Part shown: piece by piece, positions 48,755 through 61,600 of the stretch
How positions within the stretch are numbered: the stretch's first letter is position 1
Layout of the letters: each line of letters opens with the position of its first letter
Assembly: GCA_964270895.1 (NCBI GenBank)
Contig: OZ185438.1
Direction: 5' to 3' (one strand)
DNA: 64,000 nt
Source of the DNA: Podarcis filfolensis
Taxonomy: Eukaryota
Made by a program: the position numbers and the translations under genes
Notes under the pieces: generated by a model
What the model was told of the DNA's origin: nothing
The model's database searches: none
The model's input: only the letters and a program-made list of their open reading frames with translations

Positions 48755-51721
48755 TGGTCACTGCTAATATTTATATCCCACACTTCCCAGTAAATTTTCC
48801 CGTCATTTTCTTTACTTCAAAAGGTCTGATCTTTTGGGGGAAGTGGATTTGTTGTGCAAGACCTGTCAATCGGCTATAACTGCACAACCTGAATTTGTGG
48901 CTGAATTCCACTCCAAAATACCAACTGCCCATAGTCCCAAGGTTCTTCCCACCATGCTCCACTAGCAGAATGATGTGTATTCATATTCAGTTATAAGCGT
49001 CAATCTTGGTGCCCCACTGTGAAATACTTATGCTCCTAGCTGAAGGTTCCAACTTCTTCTCAAGGTCAAAAATGCCCTTTTATGCCTCAGAATACCAGTT
49101 ACGGGGAACTGCAGATGGGCAGAGTGCTCTTGCACTCATGCCCTGCTTGCAGACTTCCTACAAGCTTCTGGTGACCAGTGTGAGAACAGGATGCTTGGCT
49201 AGATGGGCCAATGGCTTGATCCATCAACCTTGTCTTATGTTCTTACATTACATTGCAAGCTGTAAATAAATTACCAACAATTTCGAAGGAGACGTCCTGT
49301 AAGGCTGCAGCCCTAAATACAGTTACTGGAAAGTAAGCATCAGTGGACACAATGGCGTTTACTTCCGACTACACTGTTAAAGTTCTGCAGTAACATTGGG
49401 AAGTATTTTTCATTAGCTTGGGTTTTACTGTCATGGCTGATCAGTTCACCATTGGGTGCCTCTTTACACCATTACTTCTTAAGCAAGACAAATATACACA
49501 AATGCCTCTTTTAGTGAGCCAGCCATTAAAAGAGGGGATTTTGTTTTGCATCCTTAAAGTCACTTTCTGCTGCACCAGGCTGTAGAGCTGTGTTGTGACA
49601 CAAGACCTTTGTTCCAAGCTATTAAAAACTTTCTTTCAGTGCTAATTGCTAAATTCTGGCTCTCGGACAGGTTTCTCCCACCGCACCCCAGCTTCAAATG
49701 TGTCAATTGTAAATTGTATAACCCACAATGAGTTTTTTCTTTAAAAAAGCTTCCTGTTTGGAAGAATGAATATCATATTGTTCAGAATTTATCTGCCATG
49801 CAAACATACATTTTAGTAGTGAATGATTGCACTCAGTATTTGATTATATTTCAAATATAGGTAACCTCAACTGCAGATAAAGATTGGATTTCACAGAACT
49901 TCCCTTTTTTATCTCACCTGCCATGCACACCTTCAGAAAGATTTTGCATGCTAATTCAAGGGTGGCAAACCTCAGGCCTTGGAGCCAAATGTAGCCTTCC
50001 AGGCACCTCTGTCCAGTCCTCGGACTCTCCCAAAGCCCCCCCGCCCCCGGTCCCAAAGGTGGATTTAGGGGCAGTGTGACCAGTTTCCCTGCACAGGGTG
50101 CCAAGCCAAGGGGTTGCCTTCCTGCCTCCTTTCCAAAGCCTAGTAAGCTCTTGCTTTGGAAAGGAGGTGTGAGAGGTCTCAGAGTCCTTTAGCCAAAACT
50201 AAAAGTAATAATAATAATAATTTATTATTTATACCCAGCCCATGTGGCTGGGTTTCCCCAGCCACTCTGGGCGGCTTCCAGCAAAATATTAAAATACAAT
50301 GATTCATCAAATATTAAAAGCTTCCCTAAACAGGGCTGCCTTCAGATGTCTTCTAAAAGTCCGATAGTTGTTTGTTTATTTACAAGTAACAAGGTGACAA
50401 GTGACAAGTTACTAGTGACTAGTAACAAGGGCCCAGTGAGGAATGTAAGATCTCCGTGTTCTGTTCAACAATATGCTTGCTGCCATATACATGCCCTTCC
50501 TCCAAACATACCAAACCTGACACATCATATCAACAGGCATTCCCCTAGTTTATTCAGAACAGATAACATGGTAAATGATGCAGTTGCTACCCAGAGATTC
50601 AAAGCAAATATTTGTTCAGCACAAATACATCTCCCTCTTATTTACTTAATCTAGCATATGTTTTGCTCTCCTCCTCCCCTGATTAAACATGCTCTGATTG
50701 CCAAGGAAAGGCAAGCTTGCTAGAGCAAATGTGTTAAACCATTTGAATTCTAGTATGCTACCTAATTACTCTGTGTGTTACTTACAAGTATGGCTGTGCA
50801 GTCTGGGAGACAGGTGGAGAGTAAATGGGATATAAGAGATTTAGTAGATTGTTTAGTATATAAATACTGTGATGCTCTCTGCGGTAATGAAAATGGTTTT
50901 CTGTTGTGAAAGGAATATTGTTCATCTGTATCTTCCTCTGGAGTCTGATCATAGCAATTAGAAATCAGGAACCTTTTTTTTTAACCTTTTACATTGCTAA
51001 TACAAAAACATACTACATGAAATAAAAGAACAGAAAGAAAAGAAGAAAACATTAGTACAATTTTCATTAATTTAACAGTACAAAAGAAAACTACAGGACT
51101 TTTTTCATTTTGTGTGTGTGTGTGTGTGTATGTGTGTGCATTTTTTCAAAGCTACTTTAATTCTTTTAGAAATAAACGAATCAAATACATAGTATCAGAG
51201 CACCCACAGCAATGAGTGTGGGTTTCTGTTTTCTCTTGCGTTCTCACTACAATATATAATATAAATACCGGTAATCAATTTCTTGATAAAATGGTCATAA
51301 TCCTGAAATCAGGAACTTTTAAAACCTAGTTAGTAACCAGTTTTAAAAACACACATACAGAGCAGGTCTTAGATGAAAATGCACTTATGAATGATGTTGA
51401 CTGAAATATGATTATTAAAATCATATTTCACTATTAAGATAGGATAATATTGATTATTCAAAAGGCGTATTCTGTTGCTTATTTGGAGTCCTAGTCTCCA
51501 TTTAAAACACCTAATTTCCTTCTTCCCAAGTTGTGAAATGCTCCTCTTTTACAAACATGCGATTTGATGATGATTAATGAAGTAGTAATAAGGATTTGAC
51601 CTTTTTTGTTTTGTTTTACTCGAATTTCAACTACTTTTCAAAATGAATCCAGAGTTTAATTAGTAAACTTTTAGAAATCTGTCTGAATTTTCGCTTGACT
51701 CTATTAGCTGTGACAATTCAC

Positions 51722-51752
<31 letters not shown>

Positions 51753-51753
51753 C
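51722..51753. repeat. (AAC)n microsatellite
   Basis: Direct read of the sequence. Confidence 0.95.
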
Positions 51754-54606
51754 CCCTTTGCATGAAAGCAGATGGCTCAGTGCACAGATGCTAGCAGACA
51801 GGGAAGCTGAATTAGAGCCTGCATCTGGTTAAACATTTGCAGGCAAAAAACACCTGACATGTGTCAGCACACTGTTCAGGCTGTCAAACCAAAGGGACTT
51901 AGCCCTCATGAACATGAGTCCATGCAATGAAATTTTAAAAACAAAACAAACGGGTCAAGGGGTGAGGATGGATGTACAACTCTTTCTCCCCCAGTCTTAC
52001 TGGTGCTAATAGCTTGGATTGAACTTAAAAAGTTGTGTTGCTTCAGAACAAGAAAATCCTTAATAAAAACATTTTTTAAAACAGTTGTGTGCTTCAGAAA
52101 GTCATCATTTAAACAAATTCTAATTAATTTAAAGTAGGGGGTGTTATATCCCATTATCTGTAATTTGTTCCCTCGGCTTGTGTTGAGGGAAGAAATTAAA
52201 GTGGGAGGTTGTGGATTCCCCTTCATTTGAGGTTTTTGAGCAGAGGTTGGCTGGCCATCTGTCTTGGATGTTTTAGTCGGGATTCCTGCATTGCAGGGTC
52301 TTGGACGTGATGACCCTCAGGGTCCCTTCCAACTCTACAATTCTATGATGATTGTTAATGCTCTTACATGCCTTTAGCAACTTGAACTTCAAGATCCAAT
52401 AGTATCCTTCTGTTCTTTGATATTAGTGATTTCCCTTGCCCGACAGCAATTTCAGAAGTTCGTGGGAGGGATGGCACTTTTTTTTTTTTAACCATGGATG
52501 GAGACCCCCATCAGCCCTGCTTGCCCACCCTTTGCCTCCTAAGTTTCCTATGCTCCATCTGCACTTTTGAACTGAGGATCACAAATAAATTAAAGGGAAG
52601 CCATTCATTCCTCTTTCTATGGGCTCAGCTCAGGACGTATATCAACTAAGTCAATTGACTGTATTAATGTTAGTTTTCCCCATCCCCCCCTTATTAGTTT
52701 TACTGATTCAATTATTTTTTCCCAATTCATTTTGCTGATAGTAATGTTCCTCTAAAGTTTAATTGTAATGCATAATGTATGTTGAATTAGCTTTTGCTAG
52801 TTTTAAGCTCGAGGAAAGAAATATTTTGCCTTCTGAGATGAAATCATGTTCAGCTAATTGAAGGTTTTTCTCACTTCATTTAGCTGTTAAACCCTAGCAT
52901 ATGGGCTTTGATCGGCTTTCATATTCAGACAGGCTGGTGGAGGGAGGGTAGAGTGCAAGGGGAGTACAATAAGAGAGATGCATCACACAAATCTAGACAG
53001 TATGCTCTGTAATGTGAGCTAAATGGTATCTAAGCACCACTGAAATTGGCAAACCATCAGCTAGTTCCCCTCTCTGAAATTTGCTTTGCTTATGATCTAG
53101 CCTGATAAAGATTTCTGGAGAACTCAAAATATTGCATACTACTTTGTGATAATTGGGTTGTCCTAACAGAGGTATTGTCCTAATACAGATTTTGGGGTTG
53201 CTGTTTTTTTACTTATAGACCACATGGTTACCTTTTACTTTTGAAATGAGTGAGATATGTTTAGCCACATAGGATGCTGCCTTATACTGAGCCAGACCAT
53301 TAATCCAGCTATTTTAGAATAATCTGACTCTAAACTGACCAACAGCATCTTTCCCAAGTTCCAAGCAGGAGTTATTCTTAGGCCCACCTGAAGATGCTGG
53401 AGATTGCACCTTGGAGTGCCTGCATGTAAAACAGATGCTCTGCCACTGAGCTGTGGCATTTCTGCTTCTAACGTTTGCTTCAGAGTAATCATACATGGCA
53501 TCAGACTACACGTATATTGTTTTCATATGTTAATAGAGAAGAACTGTGGCACTTGCACTGTATAGTACAGCAAAATTGTCCAGCAGATTAACTATTAAAT
53601 AGGTTTCACTGAATTTGCTAACGAAAAGTAAATTTTGAACCCAATTTAAAGTGCTAGTTCTAACCTTTAAAACCCTAGGCAAGTCTTCACCAACTTAGCT
53701 GTGCTAACTGGGGCTGATGGAAGTTGTAGTCCAAAACCCTTGGAGGATACCAGATTGAAGTCAGCCTTAAATAGCTTGGGGCAAGCGTGGAAGACCATCG
53801 GGGGAGTTTCTCCTGTTTCACTGCTTGAGGGAAGTCCTGACCTGCCTCTGATTTGGGGTGAGATCACACTAATATTGCACAAGATGTCATGCATGACTTC
53901 AGTGAGATCTTGACGGAAATTGTCGCAATCTCACTCAAAATCAGCACCGATACCAGCACTGCTTCTCTGTCAGTAGCGGGGCAGGCAGGGCACCCATGGG
54001 AGCACTGCCTTGGGGCCTCTCGCTGCCTGAGATGGTAGCCTCACCCTGCCTAATAGCTGTGCCGGCCCTGAAGACCACACCTCCCATATGATGTACCTAC
54101 CAAACCTTTGAATCTTTGAGGTCCCTGCTCTGAGTACCTTCGCTGAATGAAGTGAGATGGGTGTCTGTATCTGAACAGTGATGGGTAATTGCAGGTTGTA
54201 ACACATGCTTCTCTCTTGCTTCTTGCTCCTAAAGACATGATGATGTTTGCTGCCCAAGTACTGGCACAGAGAGCAGGGAGTCCCCTTTTCTGAATCAGTG
54301 TGACAAGCTTCTCTTTTTCCAAAATCTAGCAAGGCAAAATCCTTCTCAGTTACTCTCATAATGCTTCTGGGGAAACAGTCAAGTCTTGTGGGAAATTCTC
54401 TTCTCGGTACAGAGTAACCCAGCAAGAGCAAACATGTGCGCTGGCTGCACCAGGTGGCTGCCAGGTCAACTTACAAGCATTTGTACCAGAGACTAGATCG
54501 GCTGTGCTACTATGACCTTGATTCTTCCAGTGCACTGAAAAGTAAGCATGACAGATGAGCATAACCCCTGCACTCACGCAGGCATGCTTTTGCTATTGAG
54601 AATATA

Positions 54607-54939
54607 CAGAGCCTAGGGCTTGCCGATCAGAAGGTCGGTGGTTCGAATCCCCGTGACGGGGTGACCTCCCGTTGTTCAGTCCCAGCTCCTGTCAACCTAG
54701 CAGTTCAAAAGCATGTCAGAGTGCAAGTAGATAAATAGGTACCACTCCAGTGGGAAGGTAAACGGCGTTTCCGTGCGCTGCTCTTGTTCGCCAGAAGCAG
54801 CTTAGTCATGCTGGCCACATGACCCAGAAGCTGTCTGCGGACAAGCGCCGGCTCCCTCAGCCAGTAAAGTGAGATGAGCGCTGCAACCCCAGAGTCGTCC
54901 GCGACTGGGCTTAACGGTCAGGGGTCCCTTTACCTTTAC
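54607..54939 (-). mobile_element. Sauria SINE (Squam1-like)
   Basis: Reverse complement of the copies at 15031 and 19511. Ends ...ggggtccctttaccttta. Confidence 0.9.
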
Positions 54940-56099
54940 TTTTTGAAGTCAGCTTCCTGCTGTCTTGGGACGGACAATAGGTGGGCAATTGATGCAAAAG
55001 TAGGAAAGAAATGGTAACTTTCAAAGGAAAAGATATTAACAAAGCCTTTTAGGATGAAATGCTCCCAAGTGCCATGACTATTGCTTTAGGAAGTTCATCC
55101 AGTATTTCCCTTCTAGTGCCTAGGAGTTTCCAACCATAGGCCACCATGGTTTTGTTTTAAAGCTTCTATCCCTACCATACATTTAGCAGTTGAAATGTGC
55201 TGCTTCAGGTATAGGAAAAGTTACAGCTCGCTGCTGAAGTCTTTATCTACCTAAATCAAACGGTGGTGCTACATCTGTTGATTTCAGAGAGTTAGGACTG
55301 CACACTCAAGAATGTAATTAATCAGAACATTATCTGAGAATCTGACTGGCCTCCTGGGTGCAGAACAGTTGGTTGGATTGGCAGAGGAAGTAGCTGCTTT
55401 GTTGATCTCGGAGACTATACTAAGGCGATAAAGTAATAACTTTAATTGATCAGCTTTTGCTGGTTTAGGGTTATGTATGCTTTGGAGTTACAACAGGATT
55501 TGCTCACAGTAGAGTTGATTCTAGCAATTCAGACTTGAATTTTCTTTATGTTATCTCTCAAAGTATATGAACGTATGAAGGTGTCTTACACAACAGTTGC
55601 ACTCAAACATCACTTTATTCCATCTTCCCAACGTTTCCTTACCAGTTTTGCATTTTGTGGAATTTCCCCCCTCGATGAAAAATCTGCTTCTTGAAATCTT
55701 GTGGAAGTTTAGTGCTCATATTGGTTCTAGAAAAAAATTGTTTCCAGTCTTGGAGTCACCTGACTTATGCACTGTAAGTTTCCTGTGGTTTGCATGGAAT
55801 ATTCCCCGCCCTGCCCAAACCGTGTTAACATGACAACATTTCAGACACTAGTTTGGCACAATATGCTGTGAATTCTGTGAGCATAAGCACACGTGTGCTG
55901 AAAGGGTGAAGTGGCTACATGTCTGATGACATGAATAAGGCCAAAATAACCTGCATTAGGAATGAAATGGGGAACCATATCTATAGACAAAAGACATCTG
56001 CCATTGATTTGCCGTCTGCTGTATCTCTTTATGTGCTACAGATAAGCCTGTAGCTGAAGCTGTTGAGCGACAGCTAAATAGAGTGGGAGTCTGTCAGAT

Positions 56100-56945
56100 C
56101 ACAGTGTAGCACAGACTTCTTTTGAGCAAAGAAGGCTCCATGGAGGAGGTATCTCAGGTGATTAAAAAGCTCAAGAATTAGAAATCTATGAGGCCAGATG
56201 GTTTTGTGGGGGATTTCTATTAGAGAGGGAGAGAGACCTGCCGATCCTTTACCTAATGAACTTCTTGAAAAGCATGCTGGCTTTGGGGGTACCACCAGAT
56301 TTGTGGAAGGTTTCAGGATTAATGGTGTTACCCAAGCCTGGAAAGAACAGAGGGTGGTTGAGTCAAACAGGGTGATTGCATTAGTGCAGAGGTTCGTGAC
56401 CTGTCATCTTCCAGATGTTGCTGGACTACAACTCTTCTCACCTGGTTGTGGCTGATAGGAGCTAGAGTCCAACAATACCTGGAAGGTACCATGATTTTAT
56501 ATATGTATATAGTTTTTATTCTATCCATGTTTAATTGCATTTTAATGATTAGTTTTTCTATGTTTTTAGCTGTTCCTGTTTTTATCTGTAAAATGCCTTG
56601 AGTCCCCTCAGGGGGATGATGATGATATTATATTATTATATTATATTATATTATAATATTATTATATTAATTTATTTATTTTAATAGCAGCATCCTGTGA
56701 ATTCTTGCACTTGACATAAAAAATAAAAGTTTTATAGATTGAAATGAGGGTTTCTAACAAGACCCTAACAAGAAAAAATGGGTTTGGGAAATATACAAAT
56801 AACTGCAGAGCCATACCTTTACAAGTAATCGGAAGCAGTGGTGAGTGTTAACTATTTGAACTGGCGACCAGTGGTGGCACTGCACAAAGGAATGAAGCAG
56901 GGGCACCCTCTTCAACAACGCCTATTTGCAATCTTTTTGGAACCT
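56100..56945 (+). mobile_element. highly decayed L1/Tx1-clade reverse-transcriptase remnant (two pieces)
   Basis: Reads MEEVSQVIKKLKN*KSMRPDGFVGDFY (from 56140), then PDLWKVSGLMVLPKPGK, ESNRVIALV and HKGMKQGHPLQQRLFAIFLEP. These correspond in order to the RT motifs K.PGPDGF..EFY, PKPGK, YRPI.L and QGCPLSP.LF...LEP. Confidence 0.75.
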
Positions 56946-58394
56946 CAAGTCCTGCCTTTGCCAACCTGTGCCCTCCAGTTGTTTTGGGCTACAGATCTCA
57001 TCAGCCCCAGGCGGCATACCTTAAAGAGGAGCAGATCAGTTGCATGGCATTAACTTTCTGTAGACTTTCTGTAGACTGTACACAGCACTTCCTGTTAGTC
57101 CCTCAACTGATGAATGTTTATTTAATTATGTATTACGTTTCTATCCTACCTTTTCTTCAAGGAGCTCATCCATTCTACCCTCACAACCTGCCTATCCATT
57201 CTACCCTCACAACAACACAGTGAGGTAAGTTAGGCTGAGAGATGGTGACTGGCCCAAGGTCACCCTGTACACTTCATTGCTGAGCAGGGTTTTGAACTCT
57301 GGTCTCCCAGGTCCTAGCCCAACAATCTAACCACTACACCACAATGGCTCCTGGAAGGAAAGATGATAATGAAATGACTCAAGAAAAGGAAGCTTTATAC
57401 CTATGACATTCAGCTTTCCCTTAAGGGATTGACTTGCTCCTTGTATCTTATGTTATTTCTGAAAATTTGCTTGAAAATGGGTTAGTGGGTTTCCCCTACT
57501 TGGTAACCTTGCTCTACATTTCTGTGCTAATCCAAATTGATTTCTCAAAGATTAAACTGCTTGAGGGAGGGAGACTTTGGGAGCCATACTTAAACATGCA
57601 ATGACAAAAACAGCGTAGCTTAATCCATACGGATGGGCAAAGGATATTCAGCAAGACACATTCAGCTATTACTGTGGCATCCCAGGGTGTTCAGCTGCTA
57701 TTTCGGTTCCAGCGTGCTGGGAGATGCAACAAGGAAAATCTCCCTTGCAGGCAGCCCAGAAAACCTGACAGGTGGACTCCTCACAAGGCTGGAAACAGCC
57801 GGAGAGCCTTATTATACCATCTTCAGAGGGATAGAGTAGGACAGGTGAGCATAGAAGGCAAAGAGTAAGGAGAGGATGATGAGAGAGTTGGTGCCTTCTG
57901 TGAACTACAGGCTTGCTAAATAAGATGCATAATAAAATAGTAACCTGCAGCTCTCTTAAACAGGGCTGCAGAACCCTAGGCCTGGGAGCCAAATGTGGCC
58001 CTCCAAGCCCCTCTATCTGGCCCTTGGACTCTGCCAAGGCTACAACTTGTCCTGTACCCTCCTCTGTTTTGGAAGCACTGGTGGATTGAGTGGACAAGAC
58101 CAATAGTGGGTCCCATGGTCAAGAAGGTGGTTTCTGCACATTCTGTAGAGGCAAGTGAGGGGCAGATGGGGCTCGTCAACCTGGGAAGGTAGCCCATTTA
58201 GAGCACATGGCTTCCTCTAAAGAATCCTTGGAACTGTAGTTTGAGGGTGTTGGGAATTGTAGCTCCTCAAGGGGTAAAACAGTAGTTCCAAGGATTATTT
58301 AAGGGAAGACATGTGCATTAATAATATAATATGGATATAATTTGAAAGCCACTGAAAAATAATAATCCTTAGCATTTATCCAGGGCTTTGGGGT

Positions 58395-58630
58395 ATTTAT
58401 TTTATTTATTTATTTACGGCTATTAGCCCATAAAATATGTACAAACATAAAAACACAGGGACATAAAAACAGATATATCCGACAACAGAAGGTGAACACC
58501 ACGATGCAAGGGTGGGTCATTGAGCAGAGCCAAGTGACGGCTTGGGGCCAGGAGAGCTCCAAGGGACGGATCACAGAAAAGGAAAACTAAAGACGAACTC
58601 CGACATGCACTCTCATCATAACAGTCCAAT
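58395..58630 (-). mobile_element. non-LTR retrotransposon 3' end with a (TAAA)n tail, clade unassigned
   Basis: Minus strand ends atgggctaatagccgtaaataaataaataaataaat. Confidence 0.6.
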
Positions 58631-61600
58631 TAGTTTTGATGTTGTTGTTGTTTTTTGGTGGTTTTTGAGTGTGAGATAACCGCATTCAGAAATCTCGCCA
58701 CCTGCAGAGTTACAGAAGGATCTGTATCCTGCAAAAGCAGTGCGGGGGTATTTAAATATTACATGCAGTATTTTGTAATCCTCATTGCAACTTGGATATT
58801 GTTAATTAGTATTATTATCCCTACGCTACAGATTAAGAGGACTGAAGCTGAGGGGGGGGGGTGGCTTGACAAAGGGCACTTAGTGAGATCATTATTAAAG
58901 TTACGTTTTTTAAAATTTCTGTGCTATTCAGCCAAAAAGGCACACGTGACAGAGGTGAGATTAGAACCAAATAATTTCTTTTTCCTTACTAAGTCTCTTA
59001 GCCACATCCCTAATGAAAGTAGATGTGTTGGTTTAAAAAGAATAATGGAAACCAGATTAATGGTCCACAATACAATGCATGTTTAAAAGTCATTGTCTGA
59101 CTAGGTTAACTACTTGGGCAAAATGCATGTTGTTATCAGTATAATTATATTCTAACACGTTATCTAAGGAATGATTGTAAGTTTTCCACGAATGATATGT
59201 GAGGGGGTCAGTGCCTGGAGTGAGTGTCAATTAGATATTCTCATGTTCATTTTTACCAACTGTGAATAATGCTGTGTAGCACTGAACAGAACTAATCACA
59301 TGGCACTACCAATATTTCTGCAGAGAGAGAGTTTCTCATTCTCACTATATTAACACATTTATTTGTGCAAGTGCCCAAGGTCCAAGATTAAAGGTCACAA
59401 GTAAGGAGGGAGGGGAAAGAAATTTCATCCGGTTCACATTCAAAGGTGAACCTACCTAATTCACACTTTCCAAAACAGTTCGTGAACTGAAATGCAGCCA
59501 TCCTTTGAAATTCACACTTCTCTGAATTTTGCAATGCTATTCTCCAACCGAGTAGTGTACAAACCTGAATATACTGGGGTGAAGTGTGTGTAAGACCCTG
59601 TATGTCGTAGTGTTTACAGTCCTGGAGTAGAACCTGGCAGACCATGGTCCAAATCACCATACAACTAAGAAACCCACTGGGTGACCTTGGGCCAGTCACT
59701 ATCTTTCAGTCTAACCTACCTCACAGGATAGTTGTGAGTATAAAATGAAGAGGGGATGAAAATGTGTACATTTCCCTGAGCTCCTTGGACAAAAGGTGGA
59801 GTATGGATGTAAACAAACAAACATGCTTATTTTGGTGAAAATAACATTAAAATGCATTATATTAGAGGAAATCACTTTGCAAAAAAGTGTATATTATTTA
59901 TATATTAGAGGAATTCACTTTGCTAAAATGTGTATATTAGGCAAAATTGCAAGTAAACATTAGGAGAAATTCACTGGATTCTCATGAGGACCTTTTTTTT
60001 TTAATCGCAAACTGAAGTGGAAATGTAGAGAACTCAAGACTGGGAAAATGAGAAACATAAGAGAAACCCAAATTGACAGGTGCCCTTCCCTACCTTAAAG
60101 AGCCAGATCCCATGAGAAAAAAGGTCACCCCTCAGTAGACCGGTAGCGCTGAGCAGCCGCTCAGATTTTGAGACAAGGCCCATAGAGAAGTCCAGCTCCC
60201 CACAGAGCATGTGTAAATGTACAATGCATGTCATGGCTCTGTGTCAACACTGAGAGGAGAGACAAAGGAGCGATTCTCAAAGGAGGTCTGTTTTCCCCTG
60301 CTTTAATAAATGCACCAGTTTGATTTCTGTACTCGGATCTCTCCTCCCTTCCCCCATGCAAACTGTTTGGCTAACCTGTTAGTCTCCACTCAGACTGGTA
60401 AAACCAGCTAATCTGATTAGTTCTCTCACACACACACACACAAGCGAAGAAAGGCTGCTGGGGAATAGTGGGGCCTACACAGCACTCTGAGGCTCCTGCT
60501 TCGATCAATAGGTTAGGGGGTTGCCGAATGCGTGAGTGCAGTGTGGCACAAGTGCACAGCCAGCCTGCTCTCGAGCAGGGGAGACAAGTGTTGCTGTCTT
60601 TTTCCCCTGACCTGGGCATCGGGACCACATGAGTATGAGCCGTCATGTTTCGTGTCACATTCAATGTGGTGACAGAGAAAGTTACCTTCACCTTGGCAGC
60701 CTGCCCCTCCATCGCGTGGAAGGTAAGCTCCAAAAAGGTAGGCAGAGAGCAGAAGGGCTTGTAAGAAAAGGTCGCTTTTTCAGGATTGGTATTTACAGCT
60801 AGGCTGAAGTGGATCGCAGCGGAAGGTTGCCCGTTCAAGAATAATGTTCTGGTTTGCAGGAAAGGATTGTATGCACTTTGTTTTGGGAAATTGTCTGAGT
60901 GGTCTGGTTTTTCCTTTGCGGAGGATGGGACTTATTCATGTGGTTTAAACAAAGCAACAGGCCACAACTGTCTCCCTTGAAATGGAAGATGAAAAGAGCC
61001 CTCCAATTTGCAAAAGCCAGAAATGTGGAAAAAAAGTGACCTAACATTGTCTGCTTACTTTTGAAGCCCGTTTTTCCAAGCTCCTAACGTCAGATGCCCC
61101 ATATGGGCGGGTTTCCGTCTTAGGAAACGATAGTGCAAATCGGAAAAGGGGGTCTTTTCACTGTGCAATGCAGAATGGAGGTTGTGCTTTTGGACTGCCA
61201 TTTCAAAAGGTTAATAGTGAGGAGCTATCTGGAATACATGGGTAATATGGTCCAGCTTCGCTACATTGCAAAGGAAAGAATTTTAAATGAATGTCTTCGT
61301 TGCATTTCATTTTTTAAATTGCTTTGTTTTTATCCAGTACTCTGTAATATTGCTTTCTACTAGAAAGTAGAATTTCTGCTACCTAAAAACTGTGGTTGAA
61401 AACTTGTTTCAGGAATAACATAATGCATGCCTGACAAATAATATTTTGGCATAACCCACAGCATATATGTGCATCGTGTCGTACATTGTATGCAATTAGC
61501 ATGAAATACATTGTAAGTAGGAGTGTTAAGTGAAGCCAATTTTCTTTTGTAGATTGAGTCAGCCAGCTCTTGGTAATACAGTAGAAAAGGGAATATTTTG

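Noticed and set aside
58655-59086. 143-aa ORF
   Set aside because: It is low-complexity AT-rich sequence crossing a decayed SINE fragment, with no coding signature.
60371-60838. 155-aa minus-strand ORF as a single-exon gene
   Set aside because: It reads through a (TG)n tract (VCVC) and has no recognisable domain. Only the short MEGQAAKVK exon hypothesis was kept.
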